The notes under the pieces: generated by a model | Database searches by the model: none | What the model was told of the DNA's origin: nothing | The model's input: only the letters and a program-made list of their open reading frames with translations | In this document: one piece after another, positions 36,811 to 49,452 of the stretch | How the letters are laid out: each line of letters starts with the position of its first letter | How positions within the stretch are numbered: the stretch's first letter is position 1 | Translations under genes and position numbers: made by a program | Assembly (NCBI RefSeq): GCF_001194135.2 | Contig: NC_068993.1 | Span: 5,232,008 to 5,285,965, forward strand | Direction: 5' to 3' | Length of the DNA stretch: 53,958 nt | DNA from: Octopus bimaculoides | Taxonomy: Eukaryota

Positions 36811-37192
36811 GGAGGTGCAGTGGCTCAGTGGTTAGGGTAGCGGACTCGCAGTCATAGGATCGCAGTTTCAATTCCCAGACCAGGCATTGTGAGTGTTGAT
36901 TGAGCGAAAACACCTAAAGCTCCATGAGGCTCTGACAGGGGGTGGTAACGAACCCTGCTGTACTCTTTCACCACAACTTTCTCTCACTCTTTCTTCCTGT
37001 TTCTGTTGTACCTGTATTTCAAAGGGCTAGCCTTGTCACACTCTGTGTCACGCTGAATCTCTCCAAGAACTATGTTAAGGGTACACATGTCTGTGGAATG
37101 CTCAACCACTTGCACGTTAATTTAATGAGCAGGCTGTTCTGTTGATTAGATCAACCGGAACCCTCGTCATCGTAACCAACCGAGTGCCACGA
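36811..37192 (+). mobile_element. SINE-D: full-length tRNA-derived SINE with 11-bp TSD
   Basis: A-box tggctcagtgg 36821-36831, B-box-like agtttcaattccc ~36864-36876; exact direct repeat ataagtcttcc at 36800-36810 and 37193-37203. Confidence 0.9.
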
Positions 37193-37204
37193 ATAAGTCT
37201 TCCT

Positions 37205-37385
37205 AATTTTCGGCAGGAAGCCAAAACTTCGGGGGAGACTTAAGAGAAACATATTTCATCGACCCGAAAAGGATGACAGAAAAAGTGAAATTTGGCAGAA
37301 TTTGAACTCAGAATGTAAAGAGCCAGAAGAAATCCTGCAAAGTATTTTGTTCTATGCAGGAATGATTCTGTCTGCTCACCAATTT
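37205..37385 (-). mobile_element. SINE-B degenerate
   Basis: catcgacccgaaaaggatgacag..ttggcagaatttgaactcagaatg..aatgattctgtctgctcacc. Confidence 0.7.
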
Positions 37386-38126
37386 CCTCATTATAGTATA
37401 ATAGGATTCTATTTGTATTTAGTTCAGGGAAAAGACAGAAGTGGAGCAGAGAAAGTCAGGAGAGAACCCAGTAAAGCCAAGTACGGTGCTTTGAATCTCT
37501 TCAACCTATTTAGATAATTGTGGCATAGTAATTATCCAAATATAATTATAATATAACACTGGGACACTTGAACCCATGACTAGTCAACCAAACACGTTAA
37601 TTAGAAATCATAGCCAATTTCGTTTTCAACTTTGAAATATGTCCTTATCAAAGAAGTTAATTATTTTTAAATTCAAAATCGAGGTATTTACTTTGATGAT
37701 GATGCTTAAAATTGTTGAAATATCAAAGCAATATTCTCATGAAATTTTATGCTCTTTTTGTTATATTGACGAACTTAAAAACTACTTTGTTGATTCCATT
37801 TCATTAACCAAAATTTTTTTTATATGTCATAATTTAACATCAATACAGTCATTGCAAGAAAAAATACAAAGGAAAGAAGAAAAAAATGTAGTGTGATATT
37901 GTTTACACAAAAACAGCGTTCTTTTGATAATAATGTGTAGAATCCGAGGTTAATATTGAATTTTTACTTTATAAATTCTGTTTACGTGAAAGAAAAAAAG
38001 ACATTTGGATTGCTATAAAGCTCTGTGAAGACTGCTCAATTTTCTTTCACCAAAATCAAGATTAAAATCAGAGTCTTAGGGGTATATATATACAGTATTC
38101 AGCTGTAATTTTCCCCCACACAGGCT

Positions 38127-38330
38127 CATCATTATTATCATCATCATCATTGTTATTAATGTCATTAACGTCCATCTTCTATGCTGGCATGAGTTAGAAG
38201 GTTCAAAAGGATCCAACAAGATGGAGGACTGCATCATGCTCCAATGTCTGCTTTGGTTTGATTTCTTTGATTGGATGCTTTTCCTAACATTGACTACTTT
38301 ATAGAGACCATTGTCTATATTCTAATATTT
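38127..38330 (-). mobile_element. R-related variant, degenerate
   Basis: catcatcatt..taacgtccatcttctatgctggcatgag..ctgcatcatgctccaatgtctgctttgg..ggatgcttttcctaac. Confidence 0.65.
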
Positions 38331-38486
38331 ATGGTAACCCAACTGGTGCACCAGCATTAGTGGGGTTGCCATGTAACTTCTAGAACAAAAACAACCATTT
38401 GGGAAGTGTGGATTGATGCTAGATGTTGAGAGGCAGGAACTGGTATTTTTGCTGAAGAGGATGTATGGCGAGTCTGCTCTTTATAT

Positions 38487-38741
38487 TTTTATCTTTTATC
38501 TTTCACTATTAATTTGTTTCAGTCATTAGACTGTGGCCATGCTGGGGGCACCACCTTCAAGAATTTTTAGTTGAATGAATCAGCCTCAGTACTTTTTTTT
38601 TCTTTTTAAGACTCTTACTTATTCAAGTGGTCTCTTTTGCTGAACCACTAAGTTATGGGGACATAAAAGCACCAACATTGGTTGGTTGTCAAGCAATAGT
38701 AGTGAGGACAAACGTAGACACAAAGCCACACATATAAATAT

Positions 38742-38793
<52 letters not shown>

Positions 38794-38987
38794 TTGTATA
38801 TATATATATATATATATATATACAACAAGTTTTTTCCATCTCTGTATATCAAATCCACTCACAAGACACATTGGTCAGCCCAAGGCTGTAGCAGAAGATA
38901 CTTGCCGAAGGTGTCACACTGTGAGTTTGAACTCAGAACCATGTGGTTGGGAAGCAAGCTCTTTACCACACAGCCACGACTGTGCCT
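38487..38987 (-). mobile_element. SINE-A full length
   Basis: Reverse complement of the intact family, with internal (TA)(TG)(TA) at ~38730-38822. Confidence 0.9.
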
Positions 38988-39565
38988 ATATTAGCAGAAA
39001 AAATTCAAGAGTATACAAGAGCCAGCCATGATTTGTACAATTCATATTGTCAACACAAGATTTGTTACTTTTAAATGACACACTCTCATCTGTGACATTA
39101 AGTGAGAAGTNNNNNNNNNNNNNNNNNNNNNNNNNNNNNNNNNNNNNNNNNNNNNNNNNNNNNNNNNNNNNNNNNNNNNNNNNNNNNNNNNNNNNNNNNN
39201 NNNNNNNNNNNNNNNNNNNNNNNNNNNNNNNNNNNNNNNNNNNNNNNNNNNNNNNNNNNNNNNNNNNNNNNNNNNNNNNNNNNNNNNNNNNNNNNNNNNN
39301 NNNNNNNNNNNNNNNNNNNNNNNNNNNNNNNNNNNNNNNNNNNNNNNNNNNNNNNNNNNNNNNNNNNNNNNNNNNNNNNNNNNNNNNNNNNNNNNNNNNN
39401 NNNNNNNNNNNNNNNNNNNNNNNNNNNNNNNNNNNNNNNNNNNNNNNNNNNNNNNNNNNNNNNNNNNNNNNNNNNNNNNNNNNNNNNNNNNNNNNNNNNN
39501 NNNNNNNNNNATATTTATAAATAAATATATATGCATTTAATATTAATATATATATTACATGATAG

Positions 39566-39611
<46 letters not shown>

Positions 39612-40104
39612 GATTTTTCATTTTTTATTTTGTGATTAATTTCTAATGTAATATTTAAAGCAATATCTCAGTGTGGTCCACAGGTGACAAAAGAATTCTT
39701 TATTACAGAATTTAGCAGCAATTTTCTGATAAATCTTCTGAGTTTAGTTATATTTATCATCATCATTATCATCATCATCATTACTATTATCATGGCCATC
39801 ATCGTCAGTCATAGTTGTCATCATCATTACCATCATCATCATCATCATCATTATCATCATCATCATTACTATTATCATNNNNNNNNNNCATAGTTGTCAT
39901 CATCATTACCATCATCATCATCATCATCATTATCATCATCATCATTACTATTATCATGGCCATCATCGTCAGTCATAGTTGTCATCATCATTACCATCAT
40001 CATCATCATCAGCATTGTAGTCTTTGTGATCGTCTTCATGATCCTCATTTCATGTTCCTGTGTTGCTATAATTTGACCAGATTAACTTCACTGAATTCCC
40101 TCCG

Positions 40105-40116
40105 GTATGTGTGTGT

Positions 40117-40194
<78 letters not shown>

Positions 40195-40270
40195 AAGTAT
40201 GTGACATTAAAATAAATAGATAGACAGACTAGCAGAAACACACAAACACATGCACACACATGCACACACA

Positions 40271-40319
<49 letters not shown>

Positions 40320-40438
40320 GCTCATACACATATATAGATGTATATATATATTCATATATATGTGTGTATATATAAGTATATATATATGCATGTGTATGTA
40401 TGCATGTAAGTATACATCTGTGTGTGTACGTGCATGTT

Positions 40439-40497
<59 letters not shown>

Positions 40498-40658
40498 GTG
40501 TGTGTGTATGCATGAATGTATTTATGTACCTCACAGAATAAACTATATTCAAGAAGTTTACAATATCACTAGTATTGCTTCTGACACACTGCACAGTATA
40601 TGTAGCAAGTCATTGATGCATGTCTTCACAGTGTGTATCCATGCATGCATACATATGA

Positions 40659-40700
<42 letters not shown>
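40105..40700. repeat. (GT)n/(CA)n/(TA)n block
   Basis: Direct inspection. Confidence 0.97.
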
Positions 40701-40703
<3 letters not shown>

Positions 40704-41149
40704 TCAATACTTGATTTCATACGTGTGACTATATGTATTTGCTGGGATAAAGATTACACCGAACATGACTGTATATTTAATATTTTGACATGGAGCCTCT
40801 GAATTTTTTTATTGCCATTCTTTCGAGCCATGTAGCATGTTGGTGTGATGTCATATACACACAGAGAAAATGTCTTGTGGAATATTCTTTACCATTTACA
40901 TTGGGAAAATTATTCCACTTCAATAAAGATGTCAGTTCTAGAATTGCAATCTGTGACTTATGCATGTTGCATTAAGCAGTACCATGCACAACTATCAGTC
41001 TTGATAAGACAAGAAGCACAAACGAGTATTTTTATATGATTCCACTGGAACAAGAAATCTCTGCATTGTTAACAAAACAATAGAAAGATTCTTCAAATAA
41101 ACCGAATAGCTTACTCCATCTTAGCTATTTATCTCTTGATATTTTTCAC

Positions 41150-41560
41150 TTACTTACTCTCTTTCTTCTATTCTCCCTTTCTATGTCTCTCTCTTTTATC
41201 TCTCTCTCTCTCTTTTATCTCTCTCTCCCTCTTTTATCTCTCTCCCTCTCTTTTATCTCTCTCTCTCTCTCTCTCTCTCATGATTTCCTTTGCTCTTTCT
41301 TTCGTTCTCTTTTCTTACTCTTTCTTTTATAGATTGTTTTGATTTCATCTACTGTTTTCTCTCATCTTATTCTTTATTCTTTATTCTTTTGTCTCATCTT
41401 TTATCTTCATTTACTCCCCCTCTCTTTCTCTCTATTTCTCTCTCACTCCCCATGCATCTACCGCACCCCACTCCCCACTCATTTCCTCTGAACCACTTCC
41501 TTTCTTTCCTTTATCTCCTCCTCTCTCTCATATCTCTGCATCCGTTTCCTTCTTCTACAT
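41150..41560. repeat. Pyrimidine-rich (TC)n/(TTC) low-complexity tract
   Basis: (TC)n punctuated by ttttat every ~16-19 bp at 41190-41260. Confidence 0.9.
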
Positions 41561-41957
41561 ATTTCTTTGTGCAACTCCGTGATCCATTAAGCACATTTTT
41601 TAACATCACATTTACTTTGTTTATTCTAAATCAATGTTTTTCTTCCAAAACTGCAGCCAAACCATTTTATGTTGTTTTAAAATTTCAAATATTATATCAT
41701 TTTTCTCTACCCATTCTTCATATAAGATAGTAAGATTAACTCTCTCATTGTTATCATGAGATCCTTTGGCTTACCAGTATTTCGCAATCCCTTGTACTAG
41801 AACAAATTGAATCCAAGGTCCCTAATCCAGGAATCACATTCACCAGCCACATTGCAACATGCTGCTTATCTATTGCAGTATCAGAATATGGTAAGGCACT
41901 GAGCTGGCAGGATCATTAGCACTCAAGGCAAAATACAGAACAGCATTTCACCTGGAT

Positions 41958-42341
41958 CTATATTTAAGAGATGAGGAATTATGTACATTATTTACATTAT
42001 TTACATTTGACAGATATTTGTCCTCATCTTGTCTGTTGTTAACACGTTTCGGCTGATATACCCTCCAGCCTTCATCAGGGCATATGGCGTAGTGGTTAAG
42101 AGCGCGGGTTATTAACCCCAAGATTCTGAGTTCGATTCCAGGTAGTCACCTGAATAATAATAATAAGAAGAAGAAGAAGAATAACAACAACATCCAAAAA
42201 TACCTTAGGAATGAGAACCCATGTTCAAAATTTTCCCAAGGCTGGAGGGTATATCAGCCGAAACGTTGCGTTAACAACAAACAAGATGAGAACAAATATC
42301 CGTCAAATATAAATAATGTAAATAATGTAAATAATGTGCAT
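41958..42341. mobile_element. Foldback element: inverted arms with a minimal hammerhead-like motif flanking a tRNA-like head, (AAT)n and body
   Basis: 41981-42071 is the reverse complement of 42239-42341 (few indels). Interior: A-box tggcgtagtgg 42085-42095, B-box gagttcgattcc 42128-42139, (AAT/AAG)n 42153-42190. Confidence 0.85.
42043..42078 (-). ncRNA. Minimal hammerhead ribozyme-like motif (probably inactive copy)
   Basis: Minus strand CUGAUGA-A-GGCUG(gagggtatat)CAGCC-GAAAC-GU. Core and 5-bp stem II are intact; stem I and the cleavage triplet are disrupted in this arm. Confidence 0.6.
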
Positions 42342-42358
42342 TTCACCTCTCTTTACTT

Positions 42359-42497
42359 TCTGATTTCAAATTCTGCCAAGGTGGACTTTGCCTTCCGGAG
42401 GTCAATAAAATAAGTACCAGTTACGCACTGGGATCGATATAATCAACTTATCCTCTCCCCAAAAATTGCTGGCCTGGTGCCAAAATTTGAAACCAAT
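42359..42497 (+). mobile_element. SINE-B, 5'-truncated
   Basis: tcaaattctgccaaggtggactttgccttcc..taaaataagtaccagttacgcactgggatcgat..ttgctggcctggtgccaaaatttgaaacc. Confidence 0.85.
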
Positions 42498-43663
42498 AAA
42501 AACAGTAAGCTGACAGAATTGAGTACTGGCATCGAAAGACTGAAAGACAAAGCTGACCATGGCGGGATTTGAACTCAGAGCATAGAGAACTAGAACTAAT
42601 ACTGACTGCAAGACATGTGCAATGTTATAACAGTTCTAACAATTGGTACCATTTCTTCACTCATTTTCTATTCTTCCATACATCTACCTTCATAAATTTG
42701 TGGCAGATATCAGAATATTTACAATCAAAACATCCCCACATAAAACAACATCAGAACATTTATCAATTGTTCGTGTTTTAAATCTGTTTTACAAATATAA
42801 ACGTGTACGTGTATGTGGTGTGTGNNNNNNNNNNNNNNNNNNNNNNNNNNNNNNNNNNNNNNNNNNNNNNNNNNNNNNNNNNNNNNNNNNNNNNNNNNNN
42901 NNNNNNNNNNNNNNNNNNNNNNNNNNNNNNNNNNNNNNNNNNNNNNNNNNNNNNNNNNNNNNNNNNNNNNNNNNNNNNNNNNNNNNNNNNNNNNNNNNNN
43001 NNNNNNNNNNNNNNNNNNNNNNNNNNNNNNNNNNNNNNNNNNNNNNNNNNNNNNNNNNNNNNNNNNNNNNNNNNNNNNNNNNNNNNNNNNNNNNNNNNNN
43101 NNNNNNNNNNNNNNNNNNNNNNNNNNNNNNNNNNNNNNNNNNNNNNNNNNNNNNNNNNNNNNNNNNNNNNNNNNNNNNNNNNNNNNNNNNNNNNNNNNNN
43201 NNNNNNNNNNNNNNNNNNNNNNNNNNNNNNNNNNNNNNNNNNNNNNNNNNNNNNNNNNNNNNNNNNNNNNNNNNNNNNNNNNNNNNNNNNNNNNNNNNNN
43301 NNNNNNNNNNNNNNNNNNNNNNNNNNNNNNNNNNNNNNNNNNNNNNNNNNNNNNNNNNNNNNNNNNNNNNNNNNNNNNNNNNNNNNNNNNNNNNNNNNNN
43401 NNNNNNNNNNNNNNNNNNNNNNNNNNNNNNNNNNNNNNNNNNNNNNNNNNNNNNNNNNNNNNNNNNNNNNNNNNNNNNNNNNNNNNNNNNNNNNNNNNNN
43501 NNNNNNNNNNNNNNNNNNNNNNAAATAATATATAAATAAGAAATTAGTCTGACCATCAACAATACTAACACCAGTTCACTACTACCAAGCATACTGTTAT
43601 CTTTCCTGAGAGGAGTAAATATTATGTGAGAAAAGCAAAAATCATTAAATAAATCTTTTTGCA

Positions 43664-43696
<33 letters not shown>

Positions 43697-43710
43697 ATAT
43701 ATATATATAT

Positions 43711-44012
43711 CATCATTATCAACATCATTTAATGTCCGCTTTCCAGACTGGTATGGGTTGGACAGTTTGACTGAGGTATGGAAAGCCAGAAGGCTGGACC
43801 AGGCTCCAATCTGATCTGGCAATGTTTCTACAGCTGGATGCCCTTCCTAATGCTAACCACTCCAAGAGTGCTACTGGCAGAAGAGCCAGTCAGGTGGGCC
43901 TGGCATTGATCAGGTTCAGATAGTGCTTTTCACGTGCCACTGGCATGGGAGCCAGTCAGGGGACACTGGCATCAGCCATGTTCAGATGATGCTTTTTACA
44001 TTCCGCAGGCAC
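43711..44012 (-). mobile_element. Element R with 2+ units
   Basis: Same tail as 30266; units starting 43923 and 43989 (66-bp period). Confidence 0.88.
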
Positions 44013-44064
44013 ACACATATACATATGTACATAAACACACATGCATATACACACACATGTACAA

Positions 44065-44255
44065 CAACCTATGGTTGTCTCTCATCACTTGACAACTGGT
44101 GATGGTATTTTTTATGTTTCTGTAACTTAGCAGTTCAGCAAAAAAGACACTTAGAAAATAATTACAGAAGTTAATTGAATTTACTAAACTTTTCAATGTG
44201 GTGCTCTAGTGCAGCTGATATTCAATGACTGGAACAAGTTAAAAGAAAAGAGAAG
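44065..44255 (+). mobile_element. SINE-A 3' half
   Basis: cacttgacaactggtgatgg..gtaacttagcagttcagcaaaa..gtggtgctctag..aatgactggaacaagttaaaaga. Confidence 0.7.
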
Positions 44256-45244
44256 CAAAACTAACCCATCAATAGAAGAGATTTTTACAACATTCTTTTC
44301 TATGCTGGTGATTTTTTCAAATACATCCTCATCTTCATTTGATGTCTGTTGCCCATGCTGGGGTGAGTTCATGCAAATAGAACACAATCAGTAATTAGTT
44401 TAACTATTTAATGAAGGTCTAAGATATTTATTATTAAAGGTCGTAGTTTTCTTCTAATTGCATCGTTGCACAATGTGATTGTTGCAAATGTCAAGAAATG
44501 GTTAAAGTTTTGGAGCGTTTAACAGAAAATAGCTAGGGTTGCCATATTTTCCAAGGCTTTCTAGTGTAGAAAGTTAGCAATCATTTTTTTTTTTTTATAC
44601 TATCTTCCTGTTAATACTTCAGAATTTAACAGTACTTAACAACGACAATGAAAATTTATAACATGTAGATAATTATTGTTGTGTAAATTAATTTTAAATT
44701 AATCTATTATCACATACAAATATAGATCTTATTCAGTTTTTTTATCTTTGTATATCAAGGATGCTGTGATTACAATAAATATTAATTTTTTTTGTTTTGT
44801 TTTTAATTGAACCTAAATTAACTTTAATTAATTTCACTCCCCTCCCATATTTTTCTTTCTATTTCTTAAAATTTGTCTCTGCCGTGTTTCATTTTTTTCA
44901 TTAGCTTTAATTACATTAATTATACCCTTAAACTTCTTCTTAAATCACAAGCTTTATATAGAAGATATTGAAAACCCTGACTGNNNNNNNNNNNNNNNNN
45001 NNNNNNNNNNNNNNNNNNNNNNNNNNNNNNNNNNNNNNNNNNNNNNNNNNNNNNNNNNNNNNNNNNNNNNNNNNNNNNNNNNNNNNNNNNNNNNNNNNNN
45101 GGGGGGGGTGGGGGGGTATCATTGCCCTGATACATGAAGCTTAAAAAATTCAGTATATTAAAATATGTATTAAACAAAATTGAAAACATACATTGAACAT
45201 TTAATTCTATGCATATCAGTTAACAAATCTTCTGGTAGTATTCA

Positions 45245-45435
45245 TTATCATCATCATCATCATTTAATGTTCCTGTTCCAAGCCGGCATGTGTTGGACAG
45301 TTTCACAAGATCCAAAGGTCCAAGATCTACAACATGCCCTGGTGTCTGCTTTGCTATAGTTTCTATGGCTGGATGCCCTTTCTATTGTCAACCACTTCAC
45401 AGTATGTACTGGGTGCATTTTTCATGCCTCTAGCT
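45245..45435 (-). mobile_element. R-related variant
   Basis: catcatcatcatttaatgttcc..gtgttggacagttt..gtctgctttg..ggctggatgccctttc..aaccacttcacag. Confidence 0.7.
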
Positions 45436-46565
45436 CTAGGGAGATCACCACGAAGCCTGCAAAGCTATGAACCCTGAAGGAAAGGAAGTTTCATGCAAAG
45501 AAATGAGTGGTTAAAATATGAGAAAAGAAGCAAGAGTGAAGCAGGTTTGTTGCTGTTCAGGAGCTTCACAACGACTCGCATTTATACACACACACACACA
45601 TATAAATGAAAATATAAGATATTAATGACATTGGCTATATCGTTAGCTTAAGTATCATATCTGATAACGCAAGCAACAAGCAACTGAAAATATATATATA
45701 AACATATATATATATATTATATATTATATATACATATATATATATATACATATATATACATATATATATATTTATATATATATATATATATATANNNNNN
45801 NNNNNNNNNNNNNNNNNNNNNNNNNNNNNNNNNNNNNNNNNNNNNNNNNNNNNNNNNNNNNNNNNNNNNNNNNNNNNNNNNNNNNNNNNNNNNNNNNNNN
45901 NNNNNNNNNNNNNNNNNNNNNNNNNNNNNNNNNNNNNNNNNNNNNNNNNNNNNNNNNNNNNNNNNNNNNNNNNNNNNNNNNNNNNNNNNNNNNNNNNNNN
46001 NNNNNNNNNNNNNNNNNNNNNNNNNNNNNNNNNNNNNNNNNNNNNNNNNNNNNNNNNNNNNNNNNNNNNNNNNNNNNNNNNNNNNNNNNNNNNNNNNNNN
46101 NNNNNNNNNNNNNNNNNNNNNNNNNNNNNNNNNNNNNNNNNNNNNNNNNNNNNNNNNNNNNNNNNNNNNNNNNNNNNNNNNNNNNNNNNNNNNNNNNNNN
46201 NNNNNNNNNNNNNNNNNNNNNNNNNNNNNNNNNNNNNNNNNNNNNNNNNNNNNNNNNNNNNNNNNNNNNNNNNNNNNNNNNNNNNNNNNNNNNNNNNNNN
46301 NNNNNNNNNNNNNNNNNNNNNNNNNNNNNNNNNNNNNNNNNNNNNNNNNNNNNNNNNNNNNNNNNNNNNNNNNNNNNNNNNNNNNNNNNNNNNNNNNNNN
46401 NNNNNNNNNNNNNNNNNNNNNNNNNNNNNNNNNNNNNNNNNNNNNNNNNNNNNNNNNNNNNNNNNNNNNNNNNNNNNNNNNNNNNNNNNNNNNNNNNNNN
46501 NNNNNNNNNNNNNNNNNNNNNNNNNNNNNNNNNNNNNNNNNNNNNNNNNNNNNNNNNNNNNNNNN

Positions 46566-46626
<61 letters not shown>

Positions 46627-47203
46627 TATGTATATATATCTTGCCATGTCAAAGTATGTTTATGATGACGCTTTTGGTATTGTGTTACAGAAATTTAAGA
46701 ACCAAAAAGTCATTAAAACAGCAAAAAAAAAAACATTCAAAACAAAAATAAAGAAAACAATTGTCTTGATTATTCCTTCTCTAAGATAGATTGTTTACTG
46801 TATTAGCTACAACAATGGCAGGGAGTGTGTAGGTACTAATTATGTTTTCACAGACCTAAAATCTTAATCTCTCTAAAAAGAAAATGGTCTCAGAAATCTA
46901 CGATATAAAACCTTACTATATACATATATATATATATTACATGAAACAAAAGAAGAATTAGAGGTTGCTTCTAATGTGGCTGCAACCACCACTTATCAGA
47001 AGTATATACAAGATTACAACTACTAAGTTTTACTACATAGCAATATGACTCTTCTTTTCTTGTTTTCTTTTTTGCTTTTTCTCAGTTTTTTTTTTAATAT
47101 ATATTTACTGGTTTGACTGATCTGTAAAAAACTTGCAACAGAACTGGATTAACAGCTTCTGGTAATAAAAAAATTCTTAATATATATATGTGTATATATA
47201 TAT

Positions 47204-47650
47204 CATTATCATCATCATCATCATTCTTTATCTCCACTTTCCATGCTGGTATGGGATGCACAATTTTATTGAGGACTGGCAAACCAGGCTCCAATCTGAT
47301 CTGGAAAGGTTTTTACAGCTGGATGCCCTTTCTAACGCCAACTACTCCAAGAGTATAGTGGGTGCTTTTTACGTGCCACAAGCACAGGGGCCAGTCAGGT
47401 AGCACTGGCATTGACCACGCTCAAATGGTGCTTCTTACATTCCACCAGCACAAAAGCCAGTCAGGCGGCATTGGCATCTACCACGTTCAAATGGTGCTTT
47501 TCACGTGCCACTAGTACGGGTGCTAGTTAGCAGCACTGGCATTGGCCACAACTACGATTTCACTTGACTCAACAGGTCTTCTGAAGCACAACATATTACC
47601 CAATGACCAAAGGGTACTTTTAAACAGGCCGGTTATGCAACACCGGCATT
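47204..47650 (-). mobile_element. Element R with three exact 66-bp units plus upstream spacer
   Basis: Units start 47362, 47428, 47494; 47545-47600 matches the spacer seen at 36430-36480. Confidence 0.9.
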
Positions 47651-47768
47651 GAAAAGCAGATGATTCTGCACACTATGATTCATCTGCTTGTCCAAGGTAT
47701 TCCACCATCAAAAACGTTATTTCATATTATGTGTGTGTGTGTGTGTCTGTGTGTATACATATATATAT

Positions 47769-47782
47769 AGATCGGAAGAGCG
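47769..47782 (+). other. Illumina adapter remnant at a contig end (artefact)
   Basis: agatcggaagagcg immediately before the N gap; AGATCGGAAGAGC is the common Illumina adapter stem. Confidence 0.9.
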
Positions 47783-48554
47783 NNNNNNNNNNNNNNNNNN
47801 NNNNNNNNNNNNNNNNNNNNNNNNNNNNNNNNNNNNNNNNNNNNNNNNNNNNNNNNNNNNNNNNNNNNNNNNNNNNNNNNNNNNNNNNNNNNNNNNNNNN
47901 NNNNNNNNNNNNNNNNNNNNNNNNNNNNNNNNNNNNNNNNNNNNNNNNNNNNNNNNNNNNNNNNNNNNNNNNNNNNNNNNNNNNNNNNNNNNNNNNNNNN
48001 NNNNNNNNNNNNNNNNNNNNNNNNNNNNNNNNNNNNNNNNNNNNNNNNNNNNNNNNNNNNNNNNNNNNNNNNNNNNNNNNNNNNNNNNNNNNNNNNNNNN
48101 NNNNNNNNNNNNNNNNNNNNNNNNNNNNNNNNNNNNNNNNNNNNNNNNNNNNNNNNNNNNNNNNNNNNNNNNNNNNNNNNNNNNNNNNNNNNNNNNNNNN
48201 NNNNNNNNNNNNNNNNNNNNNNNNNNNNNNNNNNNNNNNNNNNNNNNNNNNNNNNNNNNNNNNNNNNNNNNNNNNNNNNNNNNNNNNNNNNNNNNNNNNN
48301 NNNNNNNNNNNNNNNNNNNNNNNNNNNNNNNNNNNNNNNNNNNNNNNNNNNNNNNNNNNNNNNNNNNNNNNNNNNNNNNNNNNNNNNNNNNNNNNNNNNN
48401 NNNNNNNNNNNNNNNNNNNNNNNNNNNNNNNNNNNNNNNNNNNNNNNNNNNNNNNNNNNNNNNNNNNNNNNNNNNNNNNNNNNNNNNNNNNNNNNNNNNN
48501 NNNNNNNNNNNNNNNNNNNNNNNNNNNNNNNTATATATATATATATATATATAT

Positions 48555-48760
48555 GTAAGTGTTGTGTGTCTGTTTGCTCCCCCACCATCACTTGACGACC
48601 AATGTTGGTATGCTTACACCCCTGTAACTTAGTGGTTCGGCAAAAGAAACTGATAGAATAAGGACTGGGCTTATAAAGAATCAGGCGTGGGGTCTACTTG
48701 TCCGACTGAGGGCAGTCCTCCAGCATGGCCACAATCAAATGACTGAAACATGTAACAAAA
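48555..48760 (+). mobile_element. SINE-A 3' half (5' half probably in the gap)
   Basis: ccccaccatcacttgacgacc..gtaacttagtggttcggcaaaagaaactgatagaataag..cagcatggccacaatcaaatgactgaaaca. Confidence 0.85.
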
Positions 48761-49452
48761 AAAAGAATATATATACTTTTTTTGTTGTTGCTTAAGACAT
48801 TATCAATAATTCACCGGAGTGAATTTAAGAAGAATATAAAGAATTTTTAAAGAATTTAAAGAATTTAAAACAAATTTAAAGCTCAAACACATCAGCTTAA
48901 TATCAGAATTCAACTGTTAATCATTTCATTTTTTTCTTTATTTCTTCCTTTTATTTTATTTAATTATTTATTTATTTAGTGTTTGTTCGTTTGGCTATCG
49001 TCTATTAATCATTTTATGTGAATACTAATAATTCTCTTTGAATAATAATAAGTGTGTTTCTTTTTTAATAATGAGAGATGTATAGAAAAAATTATAAAAA
49101 AAACTGAAAATGTCTGGCTTTTAAATTTTATTCTTAAATTTCTTGGTTTACATTGCACACACGATCAAGCACTCAATGATGTCCATACACATCACAGTTC
49201 ACAATTCTAGAAACACATATTTAAACAGCAATTTGTTATTACAGATTAAAAGCTATCAAATACACCAATTGTTTCTGTCTATTTTCAATAGTTATAGGCA
49301 TAAACATGGCTGTACAGTAAGAAGCTTGCTTTCCAAGCACATGGTTCTGGGTTCAGTCCTACTGTGTGGCATCCTGGGCAAGTATCTTTAACTACAGCCT
49401 TGGGTGATTGAGAGCCTTATGAGTGGATTTGGTTGACAGAAATGGAGAGAAA

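Noticed and set aside
42078-42150. Functional tRNA gene
   Set aside because: A and B boxes are present but the acceptor stem does not close and it runs into a repeat body; SINE-type head. The same applies to 36811 and 13700.
47362-47560. 66-bp tandem units as a CRISPR-like array
   Set aside because: The units are homologous along their whole length with no unique spacers; eukaryotic context, no cas genes, and embedded in a retroelement.
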